Positions 18,428 to 27,916 of a stretch of 37,554 bases of DNA are shown piece after piece. Made by a program: the position numbers and the translations under genes. Numbering within the stretch: position 1 is the stretch's first letter; each line of letters starts with the position of its first letter. The notes under the pieces were generated by a model, which saw only the letters and a program-made list of their open reading frames with translations, was not told the DNA's origin and searched no databases. This DNA is from a virus (lineage: Duplodnaviria > Caudoviricetes): positions 1 to 37,554 of the IMG/VR virus record IMGVR_UViG_3300047545_000175. The stretch is one strand, 5' to 3'.

Positions 18428-18578
18428 TCTTAGACCTCTCGTGCTGCAACTTAGTCCAGATTTGCCACTCTATGAACTCCTCAAGAGACATTTCCTGTTC
18501 AAGCTCTGATACTGTCTTTCCTAATTTTTCGGCAAGGAAAAACTTGAACTGTCTCTCATTAGAGTTTAGGAGTTTTTT
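18417..18578 (-). CDS. Tail assembly chaperone T segment, reached by -1 frameshift
   Basis: Open -1 frame after A-AAA-AAC: KLLNSNERQFKFFLAEKLGKTVSELEQEMSLEEFIEW... Confidence 0.8.
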   Translation of the reverse strand, partial: KKLLNSNERQFKFFLAEKLGKTVSELEQEMSLEEFIEWQIWTKLQHERSKNGK

Positions 18579-18904
18579 TCCAACTCCGATGGATTCACCA
18601 TCATAATTTGAGAAGCAATCCGAGCCAGTACACCAGCGTCAACTTGAGTCTTCAAAGACATCTTGTCTTCAATGGTGAACAGACTGTCACCCTTCTCGTC
18701 CAAAGCCTTCATGACCAACAACTCAGCAAGCATTTCGCTCTCGTTGCTGTTCTTGGTAGCCATCTGCAACTTACCCTGATCTCTCAAAGTAAATGGCTTG
18801 GAATAGATAACGAATGGACCTTTCTCGTCCCCCCACTCAGGCACTTCAATGCGCTTGATCTGGAGGGAGTTGAAATGATCTTTTGCTCGATCAATCGCTC
18901 GCAT
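18566..18904 (-). CDS. Tail assembly chaperone (gpG-like)
   Basis: IEVPEWG motif; ends LEKNS on a slippery site; between tail tube and tape measure. Confidence 0.85.
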   Translation of the reverse strand: MRAIDRAKDHFNSLQIKRIEVPEWGDEKGPFVIYSKPFTLRDQGKLQMATKNSNESEMLAELLVMKALDEKGDSLFTIEDKMSLKTQVDAGVLARIASQIMMVNPSELEKNS

Positions 18905-19296
18905 TAGCTGGCAGTGCTAGTAGCCAAAGCACCAGTGCCCTGGACAGTGATAGAAGCCTCAACCATTCCGTCAAAGGAACCGTTGATTGTCTTGCCAGTC
19001 ACAATAGCCGAGCCAGAATAGAACGTATCGCCAGTGCTTGCGCCTTCTGGATAGAACTTGATGGTGACTTCAGAGCCAACAGTCAAAGCACCTTGACCAG
19101 TCGTGTCAGTCTCGTCCCAAAACACATCCACAGAGCCGCTAAACGACTTCAAAGACGATTTGTAGGTACGCGAAGAATCACCCATAGTGGTGTCTTCAAT
19201 TGTGTCCGCAGTCTCGCTGATCGAGTACGAACGAATTTCAGCCACGGCGGTTGTGCCAACGTGAACTGTGCCCTCAGAACCTGCGTGATTAGCCAT
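18904..19296 (-). CDS. Major tail tube protein
   Basis: AAGGAG RBS; IEDTTMGD...Y..SLKS.SGS; QGTGAL C-terminus. Confidence 0.85.
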   Translation of the reverse strand: MANHAGSEGTVHVGTTAVAEIRSYSISETADTIEDTTMGDSSRTYKSSLKSFSGSVDVFWDETDTTGQGALTVGSEVTIKFYPEGASTGDTFYSGSAIVTGKTINGSFDGMVEASITVQGTGALATSTAS

Positions 19297-19332
19297 TTCT
19301 AGCTCCTTTAAAGATGATGATATTTTGCCACA

Positions 19333-19776
19333 TTAAGCAGCGGATTCAACCTCGTTTTCACGGTTCGTGTAAATTACCTGTACCGTTAAACGCCCAACAC
19401 CAACTGGTTGCTCCCCGCTTCCGTCAAAGTCTGCTTCAAAAGCAATTACCTTGGTGTCTTTTGCATAGCCCCCGCGGGTAACGTCAGCAGCTAGTGCTTC
19501 TTCTACCTGTGCAGCTATCGTATCCAATGTGTTGTCAAGGTTAGACACAGCAGATGCGTATGCCTCAACAACAACTTCCAGTGTTCGCTCTTGCCTACGA
19601 GGTAGGCTGATAGTCGTGTACTCAGTTGTCTCAGCCCGTGTATATACACACAATCCTGGCAGTTTCGATTGCTCAAGAGGGTAAATACGAGTCTGATAAA
19701 CGCGAGATGAAGTCGCAGCCAACCCAGTCACGGTGGTGACAATGTTGCTACGGATAAGTTGTCTTAGGTGGCTCAT
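19333..19776 (-). CDS. Tail terminator (gpU-like)
   Basis: H.RQ.IR, VY.TR.YP, LD.IA..VE.AL motifs; synteny. Confidence 0.7.
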   Translation of the reverse strand: MSHLRQLIRSNIVTTVTGLAATSSRVYQTRIYPLEQSKLPGLCVYTRAETTEYTTISLPRRQERTLEVVVEAYASAVSNLDNTLDTIAAQVEEALAADVTRGGYAKDTKVIAFEADFDGSGEQPVGVGRLTVQVIYTNRENEVESAA

Positions 19777-20075
19777 TGCTTCTCCAAGACAATAAATGTC
19801 ATCCCTGTACCGTCATCTTGAACCACACGGCTCAAGTAAGTGACTCCAGAAACAACGAATGTGTCACCCTCAGTAGCCGAGGCAACATCAGATGTTCGAA
19901 CCATCAACCGCGGTTGCTGCATGGCAAAACCAACCATGCCACCACCATCAACTTCAGCATAGTCATTGTCAAAAATGCCAGTGATCGTAGCGGCAGAGCC
20001 ACCTTGAACAGTGTATGTAATGCTTTGACCGAAGTCAGCCAGCATTGCCAAACGATCAGCGGCAGTTTCAACCAT
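19773..20075 (-). CDS. Head-tail joining protein (FII-like)
   Basis: DFG, GIFD, QDDGTGMT...L motifs; synteny. Confidence 0.7.
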   Translation of the reverse strand: MVETAADRLAMLADFGQSITYTVQGGSAATITGIFDNDYAEVDGGGMVGFAMQQPRLMVRTSDVASATEGDTFVVSGVTYLSRVVQDDGTGMTFIVLEKQ

Positions 20076-20287
20076 TACAGCACCTTTTTAGGACGACCAC
20101 GCTTGATAAGCGGAGCATCAGAAACTTGCAAGCCAACTGATGTATTTGCCAAAACCTTCTCTTGATAAGCGGCACATCGACCACTCTTAATCAGGAGCTT
20201 GGCTTCACGTTCTGGCAACTCAACAACCTGACCAGCGCGAGTATTACCCACGCTAGTCATGGTGTTACGCACGAATTCAACTTTCAT
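20075..20287 (-). CDS. Small head-associated protein
   Basis: GQVVELPEREAKLLIKSGR pattern; follows the capsid gene. Confidence 0.6.
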   Translation of the reverse strand: MKVEFVRNTMTSVGNTRAGQVVELPEREAKLLIKSGRCAAYQEKVLANTSVGLQVSDAPLIKRGRPKKVL

Positions 20288-20340
20288 CGGAACACCCCCG
20301 AGATTTCTCTCGGAGGCTCCCCAATCAGAGGATTTCAGCA

Positions 20341-22473
20341 TTAGGCGATGTCTGCGTCACCCAAGCAGAACGACACGGCGTGACGGACAGCCACGTCAAC
20401 CGACTGCATTGCAACGATACGGACAGTGCCAGTAGTCGAAGCAGTGTAGGGGTCAACCAGGATGTCCAAACCACCCCACATGCCGATCAGCAAGTCGGAG
20501 AAGTTACCGAAGTAAGCATCACCAGCAGCAACTTGGTTCGACACAATGGCGCGATAGCCGTTGATCTGACCGTCTTGCAGCACGAACTGACCAGAGCCGC
20601 TGTCTTTGGTAGTGGTCTTCAGAGCACCAGCCATCGAAGCGTTCATGATGTAGGCCAAGTTGCCCAACAGAGCGTTGTCGGTGGCAACTTCAGTCTCCAT
20701 GCCAACGATCTCAGCGAAAGTTGGGTTAGTGGCAGCGAAGTCTTTGGTGTTGATGCCAGAGGTGGCGCGGATACCAGTAGGCTGACCGTTAGAGCCAGTA
20801 CCAGCCAAAGCACCCAGGTCAATTGCCAAAGCCAGAGCTTGAGCCAAGTCGTTGCGGATCAGGCTTTCCACATCGGGCGAACCTTGCATCATCAACTGAC
20901 GAGTCACATCAGTGAAAGCGCCGACAGTCTTGGGAGCCATAGTGATCGAAGTGATCCCCATTTCGCTCTCAGCAGCAGCAGAGCCTTCAGCAAACCAGCC
21001 ACCAGACGAAGCAGAAGACTTCTTAGGAATCTTCACGTTGCCAGACAGACCAGTCAGCATGGTTGCACCAGCTTGCATCACGCTAGAAGCGTTACGCAGA
21101 ACGTCAACGAATGCGTCAGGACGGAAGTTCTGACCAACCAGACCAGCGTCATCAGAGCTGTTCAGGTCACGCTTGTCCCATTGACGCAGAACGTCAGCAG
21201 GAACCAAGATACCTTGAGCCGATTGACCGAAGGCGCGTTGAGCGGCTTCAGAGCACTCGAATTCAAAGGCAGCAGCACGTTGTGCGGCGCGGTCAGTAGG
21301 GTTAGCCAAGGCGTTGATAGCACGCATCAGGCTGAAGCGTTTAACTTCAGTCTTGCTCATACCAACTTCTTGCACGGGAGCGTCAAAAGCGCGGCTGTCA
21401 ACAGCCACTTGCACAGAGTTTTCCATTTTGGTTTCCTTTGGGGTTGCAACTTCAGTTTCCACGGCGCGGATTTCTTCAGTCACAGTTTCGGTAATTTGCG
21501 GTTCTTCAACCACAGCTTCAGAGATGACTTCCTCAAGATTTCGACCCACGCCTACGGTGACATCCGCAGGAATAGAAACGATACTTGCCTCCATCGGTCG
21601 CCACGCAACAGCGCGATATGTCCGACCGTCTTTTTCCTTCTGCATCTTGCCGATGGAATAGCCAATCGAGACATTACCGCGGATGTTGTCAGCAACATCA
21701 CCGTACACCTCTGAAGCCAATGCGCTCTTACCGAAACGCACTGTCGCCCGCAACTTGCGAGCCGAGCCATCGAGGGACACGGATTCAATCACCCCAATCT
21801 GCTTTTCAGGATCATGGTCCAGCAGCAGGGGTGCACGACCAGAGTTCAGAAAACTCAGGTCAATAGATTGTTCGGAGTGGTCAAGCACCTCGGAGCCATA
21901 AGAACGCTCCACAGGTGTCTCAGACGAGATTGCCATGCGAACACGGCGGTCATCTTCAACCACAGCTTCCATTGCGTCAGAGCGTGTCAGGCGTTGAGCC
22001 TCCCGGCGTTCTGCAACAACTTCTTCAGGAATAACGACTTCCTCAGAAATCACTTCCACAATTTCATCAGTAACGGGATTTTCCATCACAGACCTTTCAA
22101 GTTCGTCTGATTTTAACAACTCTTTTGTTTCAGGAATAGTGTTTTCTTCCATAGAGCGATCTGATTGGATTTTGGCATATTCTTTATCTGCCCAAGACTT
22201 ACCAGCATCACCACCCCAAAGTGACCACGCAATACGACCATTGGATGGATAACCTTCCTCGCCAGGACTGAAGCCTTCAGCCTGTTTATCAACTTCATGG
22301 CGAGCAAAGAAACTGACCATCCTGCCAATAGTGTCATCAGACAAGTCACGACCATTTACGATGTCTCTTGCTCGAGCAATGCCAACTTCTGTGCCGCCAC
22401 GACCAAACTCATCACGCCAGTCAAGACCGCGCTGTGCTTCTTCCTTCATTGACTGATTAGGCACTGGCATCAT
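20341..22473 (-). CDS. Fusion of an N-terminal domain, HK97-type prohead protease and major capsid protein
   Basis: SSETPVER, PLLLDHD, VSIGY, EASIVSIPAD protease motifs followed in frame by an HK97-fold capsid (APKTVGA, FGNFSDL). Confidence 0.9.
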   Translation of the reverse strand: MMPVPNQSMKEEAQRGLDWRDEFGRGGTEVGIARARDIVNGRDLSDDTIGRMVSFFARHEVDKQAEGFSPGEEGYPSNGRIAWSLWGGDAGKSWADKEYAKIQSDRSMEENTIPETKELLKSDELERSVMENPVTDEIVEVISEEVVIPEEVVAERREAQRLTRSDAMEAVVEDDRRVRMAISSETPVERSYGSEVLDHSEQSIDLSFLNSGRAPLLLDHDPEKQIGVIESVSLDGSARKLRATVRFGKSALASEVYGDVADNIRGNVSIGYSIGKMQKEKDGRTYRAVAWRPMEASIVSIPADVTVGVGRNLEEVISEAVVEEPQITETVTEEIRAVETEVATPKETKMENSVQVAVDSRAFDAPVQEVGMSKTEVKRFSLMRAINALANPTDRAAQRAAAFEFECSEAAQRAFGQSAQGILVPADVLRQWDKRDLNSSDDAGLVGQNFRPDAFVDVLRNASSVMQAGATMLTGLSGNVKIPKKSSASSGGWFAEGSAAAESEMGITSITMAPKTVGAFTDVTRQLMMQGSPDVESLIRNDLAQALALAIDLGALAGTGSNGQPTGIRATSGINTKDFAATNPTFAEIVGMETEVATDNALLGNLAYIMNASMAGALKTTTKDSGSGQFVLQDGQINGYRAIVSNQVAAGDAYFGNFSDLLIGMWGGLDILVDPYTASTTGTVRIVAMQSVDVAVRHAVSFCLGDADIA

Positions 22474-23911
22474 CTACCTCCGCTGGAATAGGAGCCTTGT
22501 TACCAAAAGGCTGGAAGGCCATTGACAAACCATATCGAGCAGCCATTTCTTTCTCTGCTTGAATCTGGTCAAAGATTTCTTCAACATCACGACCTTGCTG
22601 ATTTGCAATGTCTTGCATCGACAACAAGCCGTTTTGTAGGCCAACGACAGAAGCATTCATCTCTTTAAGCGGGTCCACCCACTGGAAGCCACGAGCGCGG
22701 AAAACAGTCGCCTCTGCAAACTTGTCAAACCTGCTTGCAGGAATGTTAATCACAGAGTTCTCCATGATGCTCATCAAGAAAGCACGATAAACAGGCTCAA
22801 CAAAGTGCTGAATCAGGAAGTCTTGAATGATCTTCCATTGGTCGCGATCTTCTAAAGCGCCTTGACGGATAGATGAGTAGCTCACTCCCTCAAGGTCATT
22901 TGCCAAAGAAGTGTAAGAAACACCAAGACCCGAAGCAATGCCGCGGAGAATTGCCTTCTCAAAGTCGGCAAAAGCAGTTGTTGGATGTGTTGGGTCAAAC
23001 TGCTGGAACTGAACACCATCAGGCAACTGGTGGAAAGTACCGGGTTCGGCTTCCATGATCGGCACTTTATTGTCAGTGTCGTCAGGCGTAAACCCATCGC
23101 CAGTCGGAGATGTGAAGAAACCCATCTTTGATGCGCCAACACGGGCAGCAACCAACTCAGCCTCACGATAGCCATTCAGCATCTTGAGGTCAGCAATGAC
23201 AGGAGACATCCAAGGCGCACCGCGAGTCTGCATGGCACGTTCTGGCAAGAATGCGTGAATCATCTTGTCAGCAGGAATTCTGTTGTACGACTTACCCATC
23301 CACATGGTTGAGTTGTCGCCAGGGTGCGCTGTAAACAAGTGGTAAGCCACAGGACGGTTAAACGAGTCCAACTCCACGCCCATGCGGATACGATTACCGT
23401 TTGGCAGTGTGACGTTGTATTCCTCGTCTAGCAGGTCAGACTCGATGAATTCCAGAGCAAACCGGAAATCATTTGGGTACTTCACCAGACGCACCAAGAC
23501 CTCGCCATCACGAACAAGGTTTTCGATGAACAGTCGCTGTGCGTCAACCCAAGAAATCTTGCCATCAACAGTGCATTGACCCATGCGGCCCCAACGCTTC
23601 CAAGCAACCTCAATCGAGTCATTGCCAAGATTGTCCATAGCGCCGTTGTCATTACGGGCTTTTACCTGCAAAGTCACGCCTCGGTCACCAACAGTGTTTG
23701 CTTTGGCAAGACTGATGAATCTCCGAGCATAAGCATTGTTGCGAGTCAGGTCACGACAACGATTTCGCAAAACCTTCAGAGCGCCTTTGATTTCCTCATC
23801 GGCAGACCGTGAAGATGCAACAAAGTCAGAAAACAATCGACCCTGATTTGCGCCAGCATAAGCTCGCTTCTTCAGCGGTTTCTTGCGAGAGAAAATATCT
23901 AAGATACCCAT
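22457..23911 (-). CDS. Portal protein, lambda family
   Basis: LRNRCRDL.RNN, RDGEVL, QTRGAPW, YSSIRQG, WVDPLKE. Confidence 0.93.
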   Translation of the reverse strand: MGILDIFSRKKPLKKRAYAGANQGRLFSDFVASSRSADEEIKGALKVLRNRCRDLTRNNAYARRFISLAKANTVGDRGVTLQVKARNDNGAMDNLGNDSIEVAWKRWGRMGQCTVDGKISWVDAQRLFIENLVRDGEVLVRLVKYPNDFRFALEFIESDLLDEEYNVTLPNGNRIRMGVELDSFNRPVAYHLFTAHPGDNSTMWMGKSYNRIPADKMIHAFLPERAMQTRGAPWMSPVIADLKMLNGYREAELVAARVGASKMGFFTSPTGDGFTPDDTDNKVPIMEAEPGTFHQLPDGVQFQQFDPTHPTTAFADFEKAILRGIASGLGVSYTSLANDLEGVSYSSIRQGALEDRDQWKIIQDFLIQHFVEPVYRAFLMSIMENSVINIPASRFDKFAEATVFRARGFQWVDPLKEMNASVVGLQNGLLSMQDIANQQGRDVEEIFDQIQAEKEMAARYGLSMAFQPFGNKAPIPAEVDDASA

Positions 23912-23914
23912 TTA

Positions 23915-24511
23915 TTAACTCCCAAACCGCACTTGAACTGTTGAGCCAGTCGCTTGCTTCTTACGGATACGTTCAGCAATCACTTCCTTTTGGAACTCTC
24001 GCTTGTAGTAATCACGGGCATCAAGCAAATCTTTGAAAGACATCTTGTTCAAACTGCGACCATTGATTGTGTAGCTCGCAACATCAGAATCTGCTTTGCC
24101 AGACAAGATTGACTCGATCTTGCCCAACATGATCTCAGCATGAGTGCGAGGGTCAGCACCGTTAACGTCAAGGTCAGCAACACATGTGAAATAACCTCGG
24201 TCAATGATTATCCTGTTGCTGTCGGAGTTGCGAACAATCTCCAGTTGCCAGTGATACAGCCCAACGACAAAACCAGCAGATGTTGCACTGGATACAGTGA
24301 ACAAATAGTCTGAACCGCTTGCAGTTCCTGTTACTGCAATCTCTGTATTGCCACCACCAGTAATACGAGCCACATAACTAGCCGTATAAGCAGTGTTTGG
24401 ATAATCTGCGCCAATATCGGTGCGCTTCCATTGAAGAAAGTCGCCTGGACTGACTGTTTCAGGTTCAGTCGTTGGAGCTTGCGTAACATCGAAAAGGTTA
24501 GCCATAGCCAC
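23915..24511 (-). CDS. Head completion protein (gpW-like C-terminus) with extra N-terminal beta domain
   Basis: SYTINGRSL...L gpW-like motif; between TerL and portal. Confidence 0.7.
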   Translation of the reverse strand: MAMANLFDVTQAPTTEPETVSPGDFLQWKRTDIGADYPNTAYTASYVARITGGGNTEIAVTGTASGSDYLFTVSSATSAGFVVGLYHWQLEIVRNSDSNRIIIDRGYFTCVADLDVNGADPRTHAEIMLGKIESILSGKADSDVASYTINGRSLNKMSFKDLLDARDYYKREFQKEVIAERIRKKQATGSTVQVRFGS

Positions 24512-24538
24512 CCCATAGTTTCATGAATTTTACTGATT

Positions 24539-26389
24539 TTAACGCCATCTGTTCACAAAGCTACCCATATTTTTAGGTCGCTGAATTGGCTTTTGCTCTT
24601 TGACCACCTCTTGCGCCTCTTTTCGATGACTCATTTTCATAGCCAAGCTATTCAAATTGACATTCAATAGAGCCAAAGCAGCCTTTGCATACACACGAAC
24701 GTCAAGCGCCTCGTTTCTTGTCCTGATCTTTACAAACTCACGCCGAGCAAAACCTTTGTGGTATTTGATCTTGATCTTTTCAGCAGTAAGTTGCTTGTAA
24801 TACTCAGGATCGCGGCCTTCAGGAAAGTGACAGTAACCGGGTCCAGGCTCAGTGATCTTGAATCTTGAGAACAACTCAGCCTTCACCGTGTCAACCCCAA
24901 CAGGGAACAACTTGATCTTACCGATGTTGTTCTTAGATGGCTTGCCAACCATCGGCCTTCCCTCTCCACCTACACCCTTGATTGCAAAAACACGCTTGGC
25001 CTCTCGAGTCGAGACATATTTGTAAACAGCTTGGGTGTGATGACCACCAGAGTCAATGCAAGTAGCCCTGACAACCATTTCTTCACCAAATTCATGCTCA
25101 TACACTCCATAAAGAAACTCATCAAGCTCTCGCCAAACAATCGGTCCAGAGGGGTCGCCATGAATCGTCTTGTAGGCAATAGACCAAGATTCTTCCTCTT
25201 TACCCCAAGCAACAATCTCAGCCTCAAGTCGATCATCCTGAACGTCAACACCTGCCGTCAGAATAAGCCCGTCAGAAGGCACGACATCACCCCAGTCTTC
25301 TGCCCTCTCGGACAAAGAGTAATCATCAACGCCTTCACCGTCTTCTTCCCAAGTCTCAGCAAGGTACGTGTTAACCCAAACTCTCAAGGTCGAAGGTTGC
25401 TTTCTTGCCGCAAGGAAGTCTCGAACTGCGTCTTCCAAAGGAATCCAAGGCGAATACAGTCCAGAAACACAGAATCCAGCGGTCTTGGAGAATTTCTCAG
25501 TAGAGCGCCACTCACCGCGGCGAACAGCACGAGCGCGACTTGCATCATCCCAAATAGAGCCGCAAGACTCACAAGCATAACCAGCACTCTCAGGCCTATC
25601 AGCATCAAACTGAACTTGGCTCCATTTGAGCGTCTGCTCATGACCACAGTCATGGCAAGGAACGTAATAAAGCCGCTTGTCTGATTCTTCATACGCTTGC
25701 TCAATTCTTGAAGCACCCTTGTTTGTCGGGGTAGAGACAAGAATGATCTTGCGATTCCAGAATGTAGCCGAGCGTTTACGAGCCAGCGTTACTGGATCAC
25801 CCTCTGAGCCAGCCGATACAGGAAATCTGTCAACCTCGTCACACAAAACAATACGAATAGGACGGGAAGCAAGAGAAGCAGGACTGTTAGCCCCACAACC
25901 CGTAACGTGACCACCAGGGAAACTCTTATGCAAAGTAGTGTTGCCCGAATCCCGACTTCTAGGGTCTTTGACAAGACCTTGCAAAGCAGGAGTGTCACGT
26001 AACATAGGAGCCAAACGGTCTTTTGACCATGTTTGAGCCATGTCGAGCGTTGGTTGGACAACCAAGATAGGACTTGGGTCTTGGGCGATGTGGTATCCAA
26101 CGACATTATTCAAACACTCCGATTTACCCATCTGAGCGCCCATCATCAAGACAACTGTCTCAATCGCAGGGTCAGAGATAGCGTCCATGATCCCACGCTG
26201 GTACTCAGCTCGAGATGTCTTCCAAGAACCAGGTTCAGCAGAAGCCTCGGGACTTAACTTGCGAAAAGTATCAGCCCACTCACTGACCGTCAGCCTCGGC
26301 GGAGGTTTCAAACGCTTCCTCATCTGAGTCGAGATCGCTCTCCTCAGTGAGTCCTGCTGAATCCTCTTGATTGATTCCGGCAACTTCAT
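24539..26389 (-). CDS. terL: Terminase large subunit, lambda GpA family
   Basis: TVSEWAD, AQMGKSE Walker A, CDEVD Walker B, AGVDVQ, IDSGG, RNEALD; start codon uncertain. Confidence 0.95.
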   Translation of the reverse strand: MKLPESIKRIQQDSLRRAISTQMRKRLKPPPRLTVSEWADTFRKLSPEASAEPGSWKTSRAEYQRGIMDAISDPAIETVVLMMGAQMGKSECLNNVVGYHIAQDPSPILVVQPTLDMAQTWSKDRLAPMLRDTPALQGLVKDPRSRDSGNTTLHKSFPGGHVTGCGANSPASLASRPIRIVLCDEVDRFPVSAGSEGDPVTLARKRSATFWNRKIILVSTPTNKGASRIEQAYEESDKRLYYVPCHDCGHEQTLKWSQVQFDADRPESAGYACESCGSIWDDASRARAVRRGEWRSTEKFSKTAGFCVSGLYSPWIPLEDAVRDFLAARKQPSTLRVWVNTYLAETWEEDGEGVDDYSLSERAEDWGDVVPSDGLILTAGVDVQDDRLEAEIVAWGKEEESWSIAYKTIHGDPSGPIVWRELDEFLYGVYEHEFGEEMVVRATCIDSGGHHTQAVYKYVSTREAKRVFAIKGVGGEGRPMVGKPSKNNIGKIKLFPVGVDTVKAELFSRFKITEPGPGYCHFPEGRDPEYYKQLTAEKIKIKYHKGFARREFVKIRTRNEALDVRVYAKAALALLNVNLNSLAMKMSHRKEAQEVVKEQKPIQRPKNMGSFVNRWR

Positions 26390-26834
26390 TTAGAGCCTCA
26401 TAGATAGCATCGTCAAGGATGCCTTTGATTTCTTTGATGTCTTTTGCAGTGTAGACAAGTCCAGCCACCTTTGACGGGATAGACAACATCTTGGCACGGA
26501 AGTTCGATAGCTGCTCACCAATCTCGTCAGCAACTCGCTCGATCTCCACAACCCTGCCCTGCTCCTTCAAGAGTTCTAGCTCTGCCATGCCAGCCTCTGC
26601 CGCCATCTTACGCCGTTTTCCCTCCTCGAGGTCAATAGCGTCTTGGTTGCCAATCAGGTCGCCAACCTTCTTGCGCTCCATCCAAGCAATCACATCAGAA
26701 GTTTCGTAGTCCGAACCACCCCTTCCCTTGCGCTTGTTCAAGATAGGAAAGGTACTGTCTTTCTGCATCTGCGTCAGCCACTCCTCAGAGCGACCAATGA
26801 TGTCAGCCAGTTGCTTCTTGTTAACAATCATCAC
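26280..26834 (-). CDS. terS: Terminase small subunit (Nu1-like)
   Basis: VNKKQLADIIG wHTH N-terminus; AEAGMAELEL coiled coil; overlaps TerL. Confidence 0.88.
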   Translation of the reverse strand: MMIVNKKQLADIIGRSEEWLTQMQKDSTFPILNKRKGRGGSDYETSDVIAWMERKKVGDLIGNQDAIDLEEGKRRKMAAEAGMAELELLKEQGRVVEIERVADEIGEQLSNFRAKMLSIPSKVAGLVYTAKDIKEIKGILDDAIYEALNEVAGINQEDSAGLTEESDLDSDEEAFETSAEADGQ

Positions 26835-26839
26835 TTCTC

Positions 26840-26970
26840 CAGTTGCCTATTTTTTAAGCAGTTGCCTATTTTTTAAGCAACTTTCTGTCTTTTTCAGGTC
26901 TGTCTTAACTTTACACCAAAAATCCTTGAACACAAGTACTCATGCTGTGTTGCTTAATTTTTAAGCAGTT
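26840..26970. repeat. Three quasi-palindromic repeats (candidate TerS-binding cosB sites)
   Basis: CAGTTGCCTATTTTTTAAG in tandem at 26840 and 26859; TGCTTAA-TTT-TTAAGCA at 26951. Confidence 0.65.
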
Positions 26971-27028
26971 AGCTTTTGCCTATGGGATACAAAAGACTGA
27001 TTGTGAAAACCTATCACTAGACTTTTAC

Positions 27029-27072
27029 GGGGGTGCGAATAACCCTCAATCGCCGTTTGGCCCAGAGGACCC
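27029..27072 (-). other. Predicted cos site (cosQ plus cosN)
   Basis: Minus strand GGGTCCT (identical to lambda cosQ), then about 20 bp later the dyad GGGT-TATTCGC-ACCC, about 200 bp upstream of terS. Confidence 0.7.
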
Positions 27073-27077
27073 GCGAA

Positions 27078-27196
27078 TGTGGATAACTTCGGCCATTTCG
27101 CGCAAAAACTGTGGATAACTTTGCAGATTTTGGCCCGAATCGCTCGAATCGCCAGGTTGTTCACAGGTTGAATACAGGTTATCCACAAAATCCACA
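27078..27196. promoter_or_regulatory. DnaA-box cluster (left)
   Basis: Perfect TTATCCACA at 27078(-), 27110(-) and 27179(+); degenerate boxes at 27157 and 27188; CAGGTT repeated every 11 bp. Confidence 0.75.
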
Positions 27197-27430
27197 TAAT
27201 CCGCCCCCGTTTTGCGAGTTGGTTTTCTCCCTGGCGTTTGATTGATAACCCCGACTTAATCCCCGCCCGGTTTGGTTGTCGTTGTCGGTTGGTTTGGCCC
27301 CAGCTGATCCCCGGGTTGTTGCATGCCCGGTTGTTTGCCCCGTTTGGGGCCATTGGCGGGGCGATTGTTTGCACCTATATAAGACAACCCAGGCGGGTCA
27401 ACCCAGCTGCACCCTAACTGTACAAAATTA

Positions 27431-27450
27431 CATTAGGGTTTGTCCCTATA
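27431..27450. promoter_or_regulatory. Operator-like palindrome
   Basis: TAGGG-TTTGT-CCCTA; shares CATTAGGGTTTGT with 1517. Confidence 0.55.
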
Positions 27451-27523
27451 GAATTTTTTGTGGACAACTGCGACATTTGATGCACGGGTTGACGTTGGCC
27501 CGGGTCATTTGTAGGGGTTGATC

Positions 27524-27691
27524 ATGTTTCATCAAATTTTTGTCGGGTTAATTTGCGCGTTTGGGGTTGTTTTGTTTGCTATTGGCGCGCTGGGTTTGGC
27601 ATTGGGCATCGGCCCGGTTTTTATGTCGTTGGCAATGGCAATTATTGGCGGGTTTGCTGCAATTGGTTTTTCTGGTTTGCTGGGGGATTGA
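27524..27691 (+). CDS. 55-aa two-TM membrane protein (not in ORF track)
   Basis: GGGG RBS; MFHQIFVGLICAFGVVLFAIGALGLALGIGPVFMSLAMAIIGGFAAIGFSGLLGD. Confidence 0.6.
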   Translation: MFHQIFVGLICAFGVVLFAIGALGLALGIGPVFMSLAMAIIGGFAAIGFSGLLGD

Positions 27692-27693
27692 TC

Positions 27694-27894
27694 ATGTTTT
27701 TCATTTTTGACTGCGACAACAACATTGTGGGCAATCCTAAGGGTTACAAAACGCACCGGGGCGCGCAAACACAATGCAACTTGGACAAAAGCAAACCAAC
27801 CAAAACGATGTCACTTTTGTGGGATCGATTCCACGCAAAAGCCCAATTGACCGGGGTCAAAAGCCGAATTTATTCGATCCGCTGGGTTGACTGA
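27694..27894 (+). CDS. 66-aa hypothetical protein
   Basis: GGGG RBS; MFFIFDCDNNIVGNPKGYKTHRGA... Confidence 0.7.
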   Translation: MFFIFDCDNNIVGNPKGYKTHRGAQTQCNLDKSKPTKTMSLLWDRFHAKAQLTGVKSRIYSIRWVD

Positions 27895-27916
27895 AAAACA
27901 CAATAGGAGAAAACAA

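Noticed and set aside
20380-21714. 444-aa plus-strand ORF
   Set aside because: Antisense shadow of the capsid gene caused by codon bias; no motifs
26840-26879. CRISPR-like array
   Set aside because: Only two adjacent 19-bp units with no spacers and no cas genes
26961-27374. 137-aa minus-strand ORF upstream of terS
   Set aside because: Spans the cos site and DnaA boxes; low-complexity translation
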